DNA of 64,000 nt from an uncultured cyanobacterium (GTDB lineage: Bacteria; Cyanobacteriota; Cyanobacteriia; Cyanobacteriales; CAWCAG01): positions 191,322 through 255,321 of the forward strand of contig CAWDOD010000009.1 of assembly GCA_963803805.1 (NCBI GenBank), written 5' to 3'. Positions 1 to 10,507 of the stretch are shown here, piece by piece. The position numbers and the translations under genes are program-made. The notes under the pieces were generated by a model. The model did not search any database, was not told the DNA's origin, and saw only the letters and a list, made by a program, of their open reading frames with translations. The first letter of the stretch is position 1. Every line of letters starts with the position of its first letter.

Positions 1-1
1 G

Positions 2-556
2 AATACTTCTATTAATGAATCAGTAGTAAGTGATTCCCAACTACCTCTAACAGCTATCATGCCAGAAAATAATCTGGCTATTACCACAGAAGCAAATCCT
101 AACATATATCTATACATTCCCCAGAACAATAACAAGAATGCAGAGTTGATTATTTTTGACCTTAGCAATAGAAATGAACTCTACGAAGCTAAATTTGCTT
201 TACCTCCAGAAGGTGGCATTATCAAACTAACTTTGCCAGAAAAAGTTCAACTACAAGTGGGAGATGAATACCAATGGCATTTCGGTATCATTTGTGATGC
301 AGAGGATGAATCTAAACATGAAGTAATTCAAGGACTTTTGGAGAGGAATACCCCTGTTAATTTAGAGAAGATTCAACAGGAAAAGAACCTCTTGGAAAAG
401 GCAGATTTATATACCCAAGCTTCGGTTTGGAACGAAGCCTTGGATATAGCTGCTACATTACGGGATGCTGATTCTACTCCTTGGTTAGAACTATTAACCT
501 CTGTAGGGTTAGAGAATTTTGTTGACGAGCCAGTTGTGGAAATCGAGTTAGATTGA
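2..556 (+). CDS. DUF928-domain protein (5'-truncated by window edge)
   Basis: Frame open from base 2; LTAIMP..T..NP.IYLYIP, Y.W.F.IIC and VWNEAL motifs typical of cyanobacterial DUF928; lies directly upstream of a CHASE2 gene. Confidence 0.75.
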   Translation, partial: NTSINESVVSDSQLPLTAIMPENNLAITTEANPNIYLYIPQNNNKNAELIIFDLSNRNELYEAKFALPPEGGIIKLTLPEKVQLQVGDEYQWHFGIICDAEDESKHEVIQGLLERNTPVNLEKIQQEKNLLEKADLYTQASVWNEALDIAATLRDADSTPWLELLTSVGLENFVDEPVVEIELD

Positions 557-668
557 ACAATCCCGAATTAGGACATTGAGTTGAGTAGTAATATCAATAA
601 TCTTGAGTTATGCTTGATTTTTTTTGGCATCTATATTTGCTTCCTCTAATCAACAACAACTGCCCCTT

Positions 669-2921
669 ATGTGGATAAGATTTAAACATCTTTTGTGGGG
701 ATGGCGCGGTGTTTGGCTAACTACCCCTAGTATGGCAGCTTTTGTCATCCTGTTTCGCTTCACAGGTTTGCTTCAACCTTGGGAGTTAGGAGCATATGAT
801 CAATATATGCGCTTACGTCCTCAATTGCCCCAGGATGAACGTATTGTTATTGTGGGTATTGATGAAGCGGATTTGCAAGAAATTGGTCAAGGAATAATTC
901 CTGACAATATTTATGCCCAACTCCTAGAAAAAATTAAAGCTCAGAAACCAAGGGCGATTGGTTTTGATATTTACCGTGATTTACCTGTCCCCCCTGGTGA
1001 AGATGAATTAGTTAAGGTATTTGAGTCTACAGATAATTTAGTCGGTATTGAAAAAGTTGTTGGGGACAGCAGAAGGGAAACCGTTGCCCCACCACCAGTT
1101 TTAGCTCGAAAGGGTCAAGTGGGAGCAAATGATCTGGTTACTGATACTGGACAAACTGTGAGAAGAGCTTTGTTATCTTTATACCCAGAAGATAGAGAAG
1201 TTGTTTATAGTTTTGGTTTTTATCTAGCTTTACTTTACTTGGATGCTGAAGGTATTAGTCCAGAAGATTTAGATGAAAGTGGAGATATTTGGCGACTTGG
1301 AGATTCGGTTTTTTCTCCTTTGGAAAGTTACGACGGTAGTTATGCAAATACTGATGCTGGGGGCTATCAAATCTTACTTAACTATCGGGGTGCTAAGGCT
1401 AAGTTTCCTACCTACTCTTTAACCGATGTTCTCAATGATAAAGTACCAAAAAATTGGGGACGTGATCGCATCGTCATGATTGGTGCAGTAGGAGAAAGTT
1501 TTAATGATAATTTCTTTACGCCCTTTTCTGGGGGATTATTTATTAGTCCTGAACCTATGCCAGGGGTAGAAATACACGCCCAACTTACTAGCCAAATCCT
1601 CAGTGCCGCTTTAAATAATCGTCCTTTAATTAGTACTTTATCTGAACTCTTAGAAGTATTGTGGATTCTATTTTGGTCTGGAGTTGGTAGTATTATTTTT
1701 TGGCAAGGGCGTTATGCAAGTCAGCGCAAATATTTCTTGATTGTCAAATTTTTCGGCGTTATTATTGCGATAATAGTATTAGTAACCAGCACTTACTTAG
1801 CTTTTCTTCATAGCTGGTGGTTGCCAGTTGTACCACCTTTTTTAGCTTTAGTTGGTTCTGGAGTTGCAATTACTGCCTATGTGGCCCAGAATGCTGGTAA
1901 GATTCGCTCCACCTTTGGGCGTTATCTCACTAATGAAGTTGTAGCTAACTTGTTAGAAAATCCTCAAGGTTTAGAGTTAGGAGGAAAGCGACAAAAGATA
2001 ACCATGCTAACCTCAGACTTGAGGGGTTTCACTGCCTTGTCTGAGCGTCTTTCTTCTGAAGAAGTTGTAAAAATTCTTAACATCTATCTCCAAGAAATGT
2101 TAGAAGAAATTGCTAATTATCGCGGAACTATAGATAAATTCATGGGAGATGGCATACTTGTACTTTTCGGTGTTCCTACTCCTAAAAAAGATGATGCCCA
2201 AAGAGCAATTGCTTGTGGAATTGCTATGCAATTAGCGATGACTAAGGTCAATGCCAAAATGAAGCAAATAGCTGGCCCTATTTTGGAAATGGGCATTGGT
2301 ATTAATACAGGAGAATGTGTAGCTGGAAATATTGGTTCAGAAAAACATACTGAATATACAGTTATTGGCAACCAGGTAAATCTCACCTTCCGCATTGAAA
2401 CCTATACCACTGGAAGTCAGATTCTTATTTCTGAAACTACTTTAGAAGAAACGGGACATTCTTTATTAAAAATCAATAGCGAGAAATGGGTACAACCTAA
2501 AGGAGTAAAAAAGCCCATTGCTATTTATGAAGTAGGAGGAATAGCAGGAGAATATAACCTATTTATTGAGAAGGAAGAAGAGTTATTTGTACCTATTCCA
2601 GTAGAAATTCCGTTACTTTATCAAGTTGTTTCTGGTAAGCAACTTCATGAAACTATTTTCAAAGGTAGCCTAGTTAAAATCTCTGCTAAGGGAGCAGAAA
2701 TTCGTGCTGAAAAGGGTGTAATTAATTCTGTTCCTACGCCTTTAAGCAACATCAAACTGAACTTATTACAAAAAGGCGAGCTTGCAGAAGTTAGTGAAGA
2801 TATTTATGCTAAAGTTTTAGAAGAAACAAGCTCAGAAAGAACCTTCTGCATCAAGTTCACCTCTACACCTCCTGAAGTATCAGAAAGATTGGATGCTCTT
2901 TATAAGTTTCTGACAAATTGA
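669..2921 (+). CDS. CHASE2-domain membrane adenylate/guanylate cyclase (class III)
   Basis: N-terminal TM, CHASE2 (IVIVGIDEAD, PRAIGFDIYRD, MPGVEIHA), three TMs, cyclase motifs SDLRGFT, DKFMGDG, GNIGS and YTVIGNQVN; ATG at 669 preferred over TTG at 624. Confidence 0.9.
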   Translation: MWIRFKHLLWGWRGVWLTTPSMAAFVILFRFTGLLQPWELGAYDQYMRLRPQLPQDERIVIVGIDEADLQEIGQGIIPDNIYAQLLEKIKAQKPRAIGFDIYRDLPVPPGEDELVKVFESTDNLVGIEKVVGDSRRETVAPPPVLARKGQVGANDLVTDTGQTVRRALLSLYPEDREVVYSFGFYLALLYLDAEGISPEDLDESGDIWRLGDSVFSPLESYDGSYANTDAGGYQILLNYRGAKAKFPTYSLTDVLNDKVPKNWGRDRIVMIGAVGESFNDNFFTPFSGGLFISPEPMPGVEIHAQLTSQILSAALNNRPLISTLSELLEVLWILFWSGVGSIIFWQGRYASQRKYFLIVKFFGVIIAIIVLVTSTYLAFLHSWWLPVVPPFLALVGSGVAITAYVAQNAGKIRSTFGRYLTNEVVANLLENPQGLELGGKRQKITMLTSDLRGFTALSERLSSEEVVKILNIYLQEMLEEIANYRGTIDKFMGDGILVLFGVPTPKKDDAQRAIACGIAMQLAMTKVNAKMKQIAGPILEMGIGINTGECVAGNIGSEKHTEYTVIGNQVNLTFRIETYTTGSQILISETTLEETGHSLLKINSEKWVQPKGVKKPIAIYEVGGIAGEYNLFIEKEEELFVPIPVEIPLLYQVVSGKQLHETIFKGSLVKISAKGAEIRAEKGVINSVPTPLSNIKLNLLQKGELAEVSEDIYAKVLEETSSERTFCIKFTSTPPEVSERLDALYKFLTN

Positions 2922-2991
2922 ATGAAATGAGTTGGCCCTGGGGTTAAGGCAAATAATGACCATGAATGCTTAAGTAGCAGAGGACTGAGGA

Positions 2992-3034
2992 TAAGCTGTT
3001 ACGTATCTAAACAACATAAATGCCTGACAGCTTA
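2992..3034. mobile_element. Internally deleted 43-bp copy of TAAGCTG...CAGCTTA MITE
   Basis: TAAGCTGT...TAAATGCCTGACAGCTTA; the right end is the reverse complement of the left end of the copies at 13584 and 23160. Confidence 0.7.
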
Positions 3035-6000
3035 TCAAGCTAAGCTAACGCCGTGAATGGGAATTTCTACTATGAACTCTGCACCTTTTCCTGGTTCAGA
3101 GATACAGATAATATTACCCTGATGACGCTCTACAACAATTTGATAACTGATAGACAAACCCAAACCTGTCCCTTTGCCGATTGGTTTGGTAGTAAAAAAA
3201 GGATCGAATAACTTAGAAGTAACTTCTGCTGTCATACCAGGGCCGTTGTCTTTAATACTAATAGCAACCCAATTTTTATTAAGTAAGGTATGGATATGAA
3301 TATGAGGAATTGGGTGGTTTTGTTGATCTAGAGCATCAATAGCATTAGATAAGAGATTCATGAAAACTTGGTTGATCTGTCCTGCATGGCAAGTGATAGG
3401 AGGTAAATCATCATATTCTTTGGTAATTTTAATCTCACTTCTACTATTTTTGCCCGATGAAAAACGTAAACGACTTTGCAAAATTAATAAGGTGTTATCC
3501 AAACCTTCATGTAAATCAACTTCTTTAGCCCCTGATTCGTCTAAGCGAGAGAAGTTACGTAGAGAAAGAATAATTTGGCGAATGCGATCTGCACCCATTT
3601 TCATTGAGCCTAACAATTTAGGCAGATCGGACTTAACAAAGTCCCAATCTATTTCTTCCTTTACTTGGTCAATTATTGGTGCAGGATTAGGATAGTTAGT
3701 TTCCCAAAGACTGAGAAGTTTTAGCAAATCATAAGCGTACTCGCTGGCATGGGTAAGATTGCCATAAATAAAGTTAACCGGGTTGTTAATTTCATGGGCA
3801 ACTCCTCCAACCATCTGCCCTAAGCTAGACATTTTTTCACTTTGAATTAATTGAGCTTGGGTGCGTCTAAGTTCATGTAAAGTTTGTTCGATTTTCTCAG
3901 CTTGAGCTTGCGCTTTAATAGTTGCTTCTTTACTTTGGTTATAGAGTTCTGCTTGTTCAATGGCGATCGCAACTGGAGTAGCTAGGGCCTTGAGAAGTTT
4001 TACTTGACTTTTAGCCCAAGGACGAGAGCTACTACAGCGAATACAAGCAATTACCCCCACTTGACCTTGTTGAGTTCGAGTTGGGACTGCTAATAAAGAT
4101 TTATAGGTCAAAGCCTGAAAAAATTGCCGCATAGGTTGATTTTTCACCCTAGCAAAGTCATCAATTTGAATTAATTCTCTTTGGAAAATTTCTTCAGTCC
4201 ACTCACCAATTTCAGAAGCAGGATAAATACCGAGTTGGTTCGGAATACCCTCAGCTTTTGATTGAGTGACAATCTGCCAAAAGGGTTGTTCAACATCTTT
4301 TCTATACCAAAGAAATATACATAAATCGATAGCAAATAATTCTCTGATTTGGGTGACTGTAGTTTGTAAAATTGTCGCGAGATTTAGGGATGTACGAATT
4401 TGACTGACTACAGAATTAAAAAGTTTTTCCCGTTGAGCAATTTCCCGATAGCGAGCTTCTGAAAGTTCGATTTGTCGTTGAGCTTGTTTCTTAGCAGTAG
4501 AATCTACTGCTAGTCCAATAATACCTGTCACTTGCTCATTGCGGTCTTTAATCTTAGCTTTGATAACCTCTAACTCGTGGTATTTACCATCAACAAAAGG
4601 AAGAGTTTCTTCAGAAAAACAAGGTTTTTCTTGGGCTAAACAAGCTGAATCTGAGACTATACAGTTGGCGGCTTCTGGCTCTCCCAGAATTTCTTTATAG
4701 TGGCTAGCTTGCAAAAATCTTGACTCAGGAACCCCAACATTTTTACAAAAAGTCTTGTTAACAAATTGTATTTTTCCTTTGGTATCTGTCATCCAAATCC
4801 AAATAGGAGCATTATCTAATAAAGCTTTTAAGGTTTGTTTTTGTTCTTCTAAAAGATTCTCTGCCCGCTTACGTTCAGTTATATCTACGCCAATACTCCA
4901 AGATGCCCAACCAGGAATGGGAAATTTGTCAGAAATATTCGACCAAGCAACAGTTCTAGGAGAGTTATCTTTAGCAGTCATTTCCCATTCCCAACTGCGA
5001 TAATTTTTCTCCTTTTGTTGCCATTGACTCAACATAAAATCGTGATAACTAGATTCTGGATAAAGTTTAGTCAAGACATCAGGTTGATTAACAATTTCCT
5101 GGGCAGAATAACCTGTAACTCTTTCACATTCTTTGTTCCAAACGATAAAGTTACCAGACTCGTCTATTGCATCCATCATGACAGGCATATTTTCAATAAC
5201 GGAGCGTAGTTTCTGTTCTTGCTGTTTTAAGGCAATTTCTCCTTTTTGGCGTTCTGTGACATCAAGAATTAAGGAGAGAACAGATTCAAGCTGACCTGAA
5301 TTATCAAGAGAAACGGAGTTGTACCATTCGCAATAAACGACGGAGCCTTCTTTGGTGTAGTTACGGTTAAGAATAGTGTTATGGGGTTGGCTACCATTAA
5401 TCAGATTAGCTATGATATCCTCAACCTGTTTGAGATCCTCTGAAAAAATGAATTGCCATTGATCCGGGTTTTTTCCTATGACCTCTTGAGGTTGCCAACC
5501 AAAAATTTCTACAGCTTTTTTTGACCAACGCTTAACGCGAAAATCATTGTCCCATTCAATAACCGCTACAGGGGAGTTTTCAACGTGAAAGTTCAATTGT
5601 TGGAGAGCTTGTTTAAGTTGTTCTGATGTTTGCTTACGTTCTTTAATCTCTTTTTCTAAAAGTTGATTAGCTTGTTGCATTTGCTCTGGACTTGGTAAAG
5701 CTAGAGCTTTGGGTAATAAAATAACTAACAGTACAGCCGTTATCAGAGAAATGCTAGCTGTCACTGCCTCAACAAATCCTGATAGCCAATAGGTAGGATG
5801 CCAAAGAGTCCAGATATTAAGAATATGACCAGTGCCGCAAGCAATAATAAAAGCAGCGAACAACTGAAAAATCCAGTGAAAAGGAATATCAGGACGCTTG
5901 CGCAGAAAATAAATAATAGTGATGGGAATAGAATAATAAGATAGAGCCGTTACAGCATCGCTTACCCAATGAAGCCTCATTAAACTTGGTTGCCAGAGAT

Positions 6001-6061
6001 AGCAGTTACCGTGGGGCATATAAGAAACGATTGCTAACAGACTAGCGGTTAAATCAAACAT
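3035..6061 (-). CDS. Sensor histidine kinase with N-terminal ETR1-type ethylene-binding domain, three PAS, GAF, HisKA and HATPase
   Basis: SDAVTALSYYSIP...FIIACGTGH matches the ETR1 D/Y/IP/CxxxH signature; three PAS/PAC repeats; AHEINNP H-box; NLLSNAIDA, DNGPG and GTGLGL boxes. Confidence 0.88.
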   Translation of the reverse strand: MFDLTASLLAIVSYMPHGNCYLWQPSLMRLHWVSDAVTALSYYSIPITIIYFLRKRPDIPFHWIFQLFAAFIIACGTGHILNIWTLWHPTYWLSGFVEAVTASISLITAVLLVILLPKALALPSPEQMQQANQLLEKEIKERKQTSEQLKQALQQLNFHVENSPVAVIEWDNDFRVKRWSKKAVEIFGWQPQEVIGKNPDQWQFIFSEDLKQVEDIIANLINGSQPHNTILNRNYTKEGSVVYCEWYNSVSLDNSGQLESVLSLILDVTERQKGEIALKQQEQKLRSVIENMPVMMDAIDESGNFIVWNKECERVTGYSAQEIVNQPDVLTKLYPESSYHDFMLSQWQQKEKNYRSWEWEMTAKDNSPRTVAWSNISDKFPIPGWASWSIGVDITERKRAENLLEEQKQTLKALLDNAPIWIWMTDTKGKIQFVNKTFCKNVGVPESRFLQASHYKEILGEPEAANCIVSDSACLAQEKPCFSEETLPFVDGKYHELEVIKAKIKDRNEQVTGIIGLAVDSTAKKQAQRQIELSEARYREIAQREKLFNSVVSQIRTSLNLATILQTTVTQIRELFAIDLCIFLWYRKDVEQPFWQIVTQSKAEGIPNQLGIYPASEIGEWTEEIFQRELIQIDDFARVKNQPMRQFFQALTYKSLLAVPTRTQQGQVGVIACIRCSSSRPWAKSQVKLLKALATPVAIAIEQAELYNQSKEATIKAQAQAEKIEQTLHELRRTQAQLIQSEKMSSLGQMVGGVAHEINNPVNFIYGNLTHASEYAYDLLKLLSLWETNYPNPAPIIDQVKEEIDWDFVKSDLPKLLGSMKMGADRIRQIILSLRNFSRLDESGAKEVDLHEGLDNTLLILQSRLRFSSGKNSRSEIKITKEYDDLPPITCHAGQINQVFMNLLSNAIDALDQQNHPIPHIHIHTLLNKNWVAISIKDNGPGMTAEVTSKLFDPFFTTKPIGKGTGLGLSISYQIVVERHQGNIICISEPGKGAEFIVEIPIHGVSLA

Positions 6062-6293
6062 AAAGGAGCAACAACAATTTTTTACCTTGATTTATCATTC
6101 ACCCTTGGCTTATAAGCACATACCGAAGTGAAGCAACAAATGTACCCCTCAAAAATACTAAAAAAGAGTTAGTTAGCTTAATCTACCTCTTAAGTTATAC
6201 TTGATACTTCCCCTTCTTTGCTGTTTCATGAATGACTAAAGTTAAGATACTTATCTATAATTTTGCCCGAATAATTTTTATTTAAACGAAAGA

Positions 6294-7919
6294 ATGTCCT
6301 CTGAAATTTCCCCTAACTTGCAAACAGCCGTCGAAAGTCGGCGCAACTTTGCAATTATTTCTCACCCTGATGCTGGTAAAACAACCCTGACCGAAAAACT
6401 TTTGCTTTATGGAGGAGCAATTCATCAAGCTGGGGCTGTGAAAGCCCGTCGAAGTCAGCGTAAAGCTACATCTGACTGGATGGAGATGGAGCAACAAAGA
6501 GGTATTTCTATTACCTCTACGGTATTGCAATTTGATTACCAGGATTATCAAATCAATTTACTCGATACACCAGGACACCAAGATTTTAGCGAGGATACCT
6601 ATCGAACTTTAGCAGCGGCAGATAATGCGGTAATGTTAATCGATGCAGCTAAAGGTTTAGAACCTCAAACGCGGAAATTGTTTGAAGTTTGTCAGATGCG
6701 ATCGCTGCCAATTTTTACTTTTGTGAATAAGTTGGATCGCCCAGGGAGAGAGCCTTTAGAGTTGCTTGATGAAATTGAGCAGGAGTTGGGTTTACAAACC
6801 TATGCAGTAAATTGGCCCATTGGTATGGGGGATCGCTTTAAAGGGGTTTTTGATCGTCGTCAGCAAAAAGTCCATTTATTTGAACGCCAAGCCCACGGGA
6901 GCAAGGAAGCCAAGGATACGATCCTTAACTGGGGAGATCCTCATCTTGAAGAAGTATTAGAACCAGAACTTTATAATCAACTTAAAGAAGATTTAGAAAT
7001 CCTCGAAGAAATTGGCTTGCCCCTAGATTTAGAAGCAATTCATACAGGAAAAATGACTCCTGTTTTTTTTGGGAGTGCGATGACTAATTTTGGGGTGCAG
7101 TTGTTCTTAGATGCTTTCTTAGAGTATTCCCTGCAACCAGAACCTCGTAACTCTTCTCTAGGAGAAATTCCTCCTACCTATCCAGAATTTAGCGGTTTTA
7201 TTTTCAAATTACAAGCCAATATGGACTCTAAACATAGGGATAGGGTGGCTTTTGTACGAGTTTGTACAGGCAAGTTTGAGAAAGATATGAGTGTTAAACA
7301 CGCCCGTACAGGTAAAAGTATTCGCCTCTCCCGTCCCCAAAAACTTTTTGCTCAAGGTAGGGAATCGTTGGAAGAAGCTTATCCTGGGGATGTGATTGGT
7401 TTGAATAATCCTGGGGTTTTTGCTATTGGCGATACCATTTACCAAGGGCCAAAAATTGAGTATGAAGGGATTCCTTGTTTTTCTCCGGAAATATTTGCCT
7501 ATGTGAAAAATCCTAACCCTTCTAAGTTTAAGCAATTCCATAAAGGGATTACAGAATTAAGGGAAGAAGGTGCGGTACAAATTATGTATTCTGCGGATGA
7601 GTTTAAGCGTGATCCCATACTTGCTGCGGTGGGGCAGTTACAATTTGAAGTGGTTCAGTTTCGCCTTAAAAATGAATATGGAGTAGAAACCAAGTTAGAA
7701 CTTTTGCCCTACAGCGTAGCACGTTGGGTAGCGGGTGGCTGGGAAGCTTTAGAAGAGGCAGGGCGGTTGTTTAATACAGAAGTTGTGAAGGATAATTGGG
7801 GTAGACCTGTACTATTATTTCGTAATCAGTGGAATGTGGATCAGATTAAGGGAGATTTTCCAGAGTTAGAGTTAACAAGTATTGCTCCAGTAGGGGCAGG
7901 TTTGCAACCGGAAAAGTAA
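6294..7919 (+). CDS. prfC: Peptide chain release factor 3
   Basis: [38 protein letters not shown]; 541 aa. Confidence 0.97.
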   Translation: MSSEISPNLQTAVESRRNFAIISHPDAGKTTLTEKLLLYGGAIHQAGAVKARRSQRKATSDWMEMEQQRGISITSTVLQFDYQDYQINLLDTPGHQDFSEDTYRTLAAADNAVMLIDAAKGLEPQTRKLFEVCQMRSLPIFTFVNKLDRPGREPLELLDEIEQELGLQTYAVNWPIGMGDRFKGVFDRRQQKVHLFERQAHGSKEAKDTILNWGDPHLEEVLEPELYNQLKEDLEILEEIGLPLDLEAIHTGKMTPVFFGSAMTNFGVQLFLDAFLEYSLQPEPRNSSLGEIPPTYPEFSGFIFKLQANMDSKHRDRVAFVRVCTGKFEKDMSVKHARTGKSIRLSRPQKLFAQGRESLEEAYPGDVIGLNNPGVFAIGDTIYQGPKIEYEGIPCFSPEIFAYVKNPNPSKFKQFHKGITELREEGAVQIMYSADEFKRDPILAAVGQLQFEVVQFRLKNEYGVETKLELLPYSVARWVAGGWEALEEAGRLFNTEVVKDNWGRPVLLFRNQWNVDQIKGDFPELELTSIAPVGAGLQPEK

Positions 7920-7941
7920 TAAGTAAAGAACAAACTTTTTC

Positions 7942-8538
7942 CTATTCCCTTAGTAATCTACTTTTCTTTGTTAGCATAACTAAACGCAGTATCATTGCCG
8001 CAATTAGTAAAGCTACAAAGGGTAAATAAATACTTAGAGAAATGTTTAGCCTTGTAGCAAAAGAATAGGTAAAAGCTATCCAAAGATAATACATTCCGAC
8101 TGTATGTAAAATCTTCCAAACTTGGGGACTTAAGAGAGTTGCAATGGGTCTAAATGAAGTTGCAGTCATAGCTGCAATAAAGATATACCCTAAAGTTCCG
8201 CCATGGTCGAATTCATAAGCTTCTCCGGAAGTTATGATAACTAAGCCGACAATGGTTAGGGCATGATAGCCATGGGAAATGGCGAAAGAAATTCCTAAAT
8301 AGCGGCGATTTTTAAGTAACCATTTAGTCAATTTATTTGAGTTTATTTTAGGTAGAGTTGAAGCAATAAAGGCAGATAAAAATAAAAGACAAGAAGTTCT
8401 TGCTGTTAACCGAATAGCAACGCGCATCCCTAATTCATTAATACCTTGAACTATGAAAATGACGGCTAAAATAGCGGCGATCGCTAATGCAGATAAAGTA
8501 ACAAGGTTCCATCCTTGGTAAGCAGATTTAGTGTTCAT
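7942..8538 (-). CDS. Ferric-reductase-like transmembrane protein (MsrQ-like haem b membrane subunit)
   Basis: Six TMs with NRRYLG..F..SH..H and WK.LH..GMYY haem-ligand motifs; start taken at MNTKS. Confidence 0.7.
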   Translation of the reverse strand: MNTKSAYQGWNLVTLSALAIAAILAVIFIVQGINELGMRVAIRLTARTSCLLFLSAFIASTLPKINSNKLTKWLLKNRRYLGISFAISHGYHALTIVGLVIITSGEAYEFDHGGTLGYIFIAAMTATSFRPIATLLSPQVWKILHTVGMYYLWIAFTYSFATRLNISLSIYLPFVALLIAAMILRLVMLTKKSRLLRE

Positions 8539-8543
8539 AGTTA

Positions 8544-8891
8544 TCAATTTGCAGCAATGCATTGTTTTGATTGAGTCTCAAGGTTTAGTTCTCGAATATA
8601 GAGAAAAAGCGGCAAACTTAAAGATAAACCTACTGACAAATTCAAAACCACATAAACCCACAGATAATTCATCTTTAGGCGTGTACCTTCTTTGAAAAGA
8701 AATACCCAAAAAGCTAAACTAGAAATTAAGATATCAAAACTAATATCTCTAGCAACATAATTGGCAAAAGATTGTTGAAAAAAGAGCGGTAAATCTATAC
8801 CAAAATTCCTAAAGAAAGGTAGAAGTTGTGAGTAGGGTAAAATTGTCCCTGCTAGACAAAGAAAGAGATAAAAATAGCGCAACATAATCAA
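8544..8891 (-). CDS. DUF2834-family small membrane protein
   Basis: YL.LCLAGTILPY, FAN..A.D...D, VGLSLSLPLFLY.RE pattern. Confidence 0.7.
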   Translation of the reverse strand: MIMLRYFYLFLCLAGTILPYSQLLPFFRNFGIDLPLFFQQSFANYVARDISFDILISSLAFWVFLFKEGTRLKMNYLWVYVVLNLSVGLSLSLPLFLYIRELNLETQSKQCIAAN

Positions 8892-8924
8892 ATATGGCCA
8901 ATAAAATTGCTTAAGTACTTATTG

Positions 8925-8988
8925 AGTTTAGCAGGGCTATTTTCCCTTTGTCTTTCCTTATCTTCCTGAAAATGTTCTGATCTTCCCA
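8925..8988 (-). promoter_or_regulatory. Putative AraC operator and promoter for the DUF2834-MsrQ-like operon
   Basis: Direct repeat GGAAGAT with 20-bp period, followed by GAAAGAC and a TAAACT -10-like hexamer on the minus strand, immediately after the AraC gene. Confidence 0.4.
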
Positions 8989-8992
8989 ACAA

Positions 8993-9874
8993 TTACAGAC
9001 TGTTACGATAAACCTTGGGAGTTGTCTTCGTATATTGGCGAAAAACTCTGGTGAAGTGACTTTGATTTTGAAAACCAACTTGATGACACACTTGAATAAT
9101 AGTTAACTGTTGGTTTGCCAATAACTGTTTCGCTTTGTCAATACGACACTTTGTTAAGTATTGATGGGGAGGTATGCCTGTGGATTCTTTAAACAAACTG
9201 GCGAAGTAATGAGAACTCATTTGTACTGCTGCTGCCATTTCAGTTAAGCTAATATTCTGGTCTAAATGGTCATGAATATAGGCGATCGCCTCTTTTAAAC
9301 AGGCTTTAGGCAAACCCCCTGGATAAGTTTTAATTTCTTTTTTTAAGCTAGAGTAGCGTTGTAATAAATGAACTGAGAGTGCAGCAGCCATTGATTCTGC
9401 ATACAGTTTGCTATCTGAACCTCCTATTGCTAATTCTGCTTTTAAAGCTAGTCCCATTTGTTGAATTAAAGGATCACGTAGCTTGAAGTTTGGTTGCAAC
9501 TCAATGTTTGTTGTATAAGCTTTTTCCCAAGCAACCTTATTAAAGGTTTCAGGTTCTAAAAAAAGCTCAATCAAACCGACTTCCCTATCTGTTTGTACTC
9601 TAGGAAAGACTGTACCAACCGGAGAAAGAAGCAGATCTCCTTCTGTATAATCCTGTGTTTGCCAGTATCCATCTAGTTTGTAACTAACTCGAACCTCTCC
9701 TTGGCAAATAACCAGCATATGCTGATCCAAAACCGTTTCTGGCATTTCCCCAGCAGGTTCATTTTCATAAATAAGCTGCATTCCCTTCCACCCTGCATTC
9801 TCACTGGAAAGTAGATGCAGATGTTCAACATATTCGCCTTGCAGATCAAGGGTTTGAGGAATTTCTTCTGACAT
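8993..9874 (-). CDS. AraC-family transcriptional regulator
   Basis: C-terminal double HTH: MSSHYFASLFKESTG.PPHQY...GFQNQSHFTRVFRQ. Confidence 0.93.
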   Translation of the reverse strand: MSEEIPQTLDLQGEYVEHLHLLSSENAGWKGMQLIYENEPAGEMPETVLDQHMLVICQGEVRVSYKLDGYWQTQDYTEGDLLLSPVGTVFPRVQTDREVGLIELFLEPETFNKVAWEKAYTTNIELQPNFKLRDPLIQQMGLALKAELAIGGSDSKLYAESMAAALSVHLLQRYSSLKKEIKTYPGGLPKACLKEAIAYIHDHLDQNISLTEMAAAVQMSSHYFASLFKESTGIPPHQYLTKCRIDKAKQLLANQQLTIIQVCHQVGFQNQSHFTRVFRQYTKTTPKVYRNSL

Positions 9875-9955
9875 GAATTATTAGGGAAACCTTCAGTCAT
9901 TCATTCTAAACCTAGATCAATTGCCCCACAAAATGTTATATTTTATAAATGTTGC

Positions 9956-10029
9956 GGCGAGCGTGGCCAAGTGGTTAAGGCAGTGGATTGTGATTCCACC
10001 ATTCGCGGGTTCAAGTCCCGTCGTTCGCC
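9956..10029 (+). tRNA. trnH: tRNA-His (GTG)
   Basis: Acceptor GGCGAGCG/CGTTCGCC including G-1; anticodon arm GTGGA-TTGTGAT-TCCAC; T-arm GGTTCAAGTCC; TTGCCC-17bp-TATAAA promoter-like sequence upstream. Confidence 0.96.
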
Positions 10030-10247
10030 CTGTTTGAAATGAGAGCAAGCTAATGGCTAGTTGCTAAAATCTTATATTTGGTGAGGATATTTTATTTATT
10101 GGAGTTCTCTAAATCCAATGAGTTTCTGTAAAGCACCATAGGCCATTTAGCCTGCTTTGCTTATTTTTCTTCAGCTAAATGGCTGTTGCCTTCAAGAGTT
10201 ATTTTCCTTTACATTAGGTTTGTATTCTCTAACCAAGGGCAGCAATC

Positions 10248-10499
10248 GTGAACTACCAAAATCTAGAACTATGCTTTCAGAATAGTAGTACTTCTTTGAC
10301 CCAAATTAGAGAAACTTTAGAAGTAGAATTAGACGCACTTGAACAAGAACTACTCGTAGCGGAAATTAATTGTCGTACGAATCCCCAGAGCAAATGTTGC
10401 CAAATATTACCACAATTAAGACAGAAAGTTGAAGTTGCCAGCAAAAAATACTTTCAAAAATGGGGCGAGATTTATCGCCAAGAGTTAGAACTTGTTTAG
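10248..10499 (+). CDS. Hypothetical protein (83 aa, coiled-coil-like)
   Basis: GTG-start ORF filling the intergenic gap; no recognisable family. Confidence 0.5.
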   Translation: MNYQNLELCFQNSSTSLTQIRETLEVELDALEQELLVAEINCRTNPQSKCCQILPQLRQKVEVASKKYFQKWGEIYRQELELV

Positions 10500-10507
10500 T
10501 TTTAGTT

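Noticed and set aside
10142..10183. GCCATTTAGC...GCTAAATGGC inverted repeat as an sRNA
   Set aside because: A single hairpin with a long loop and no family signature; cannot be told apart from a terminator or chance
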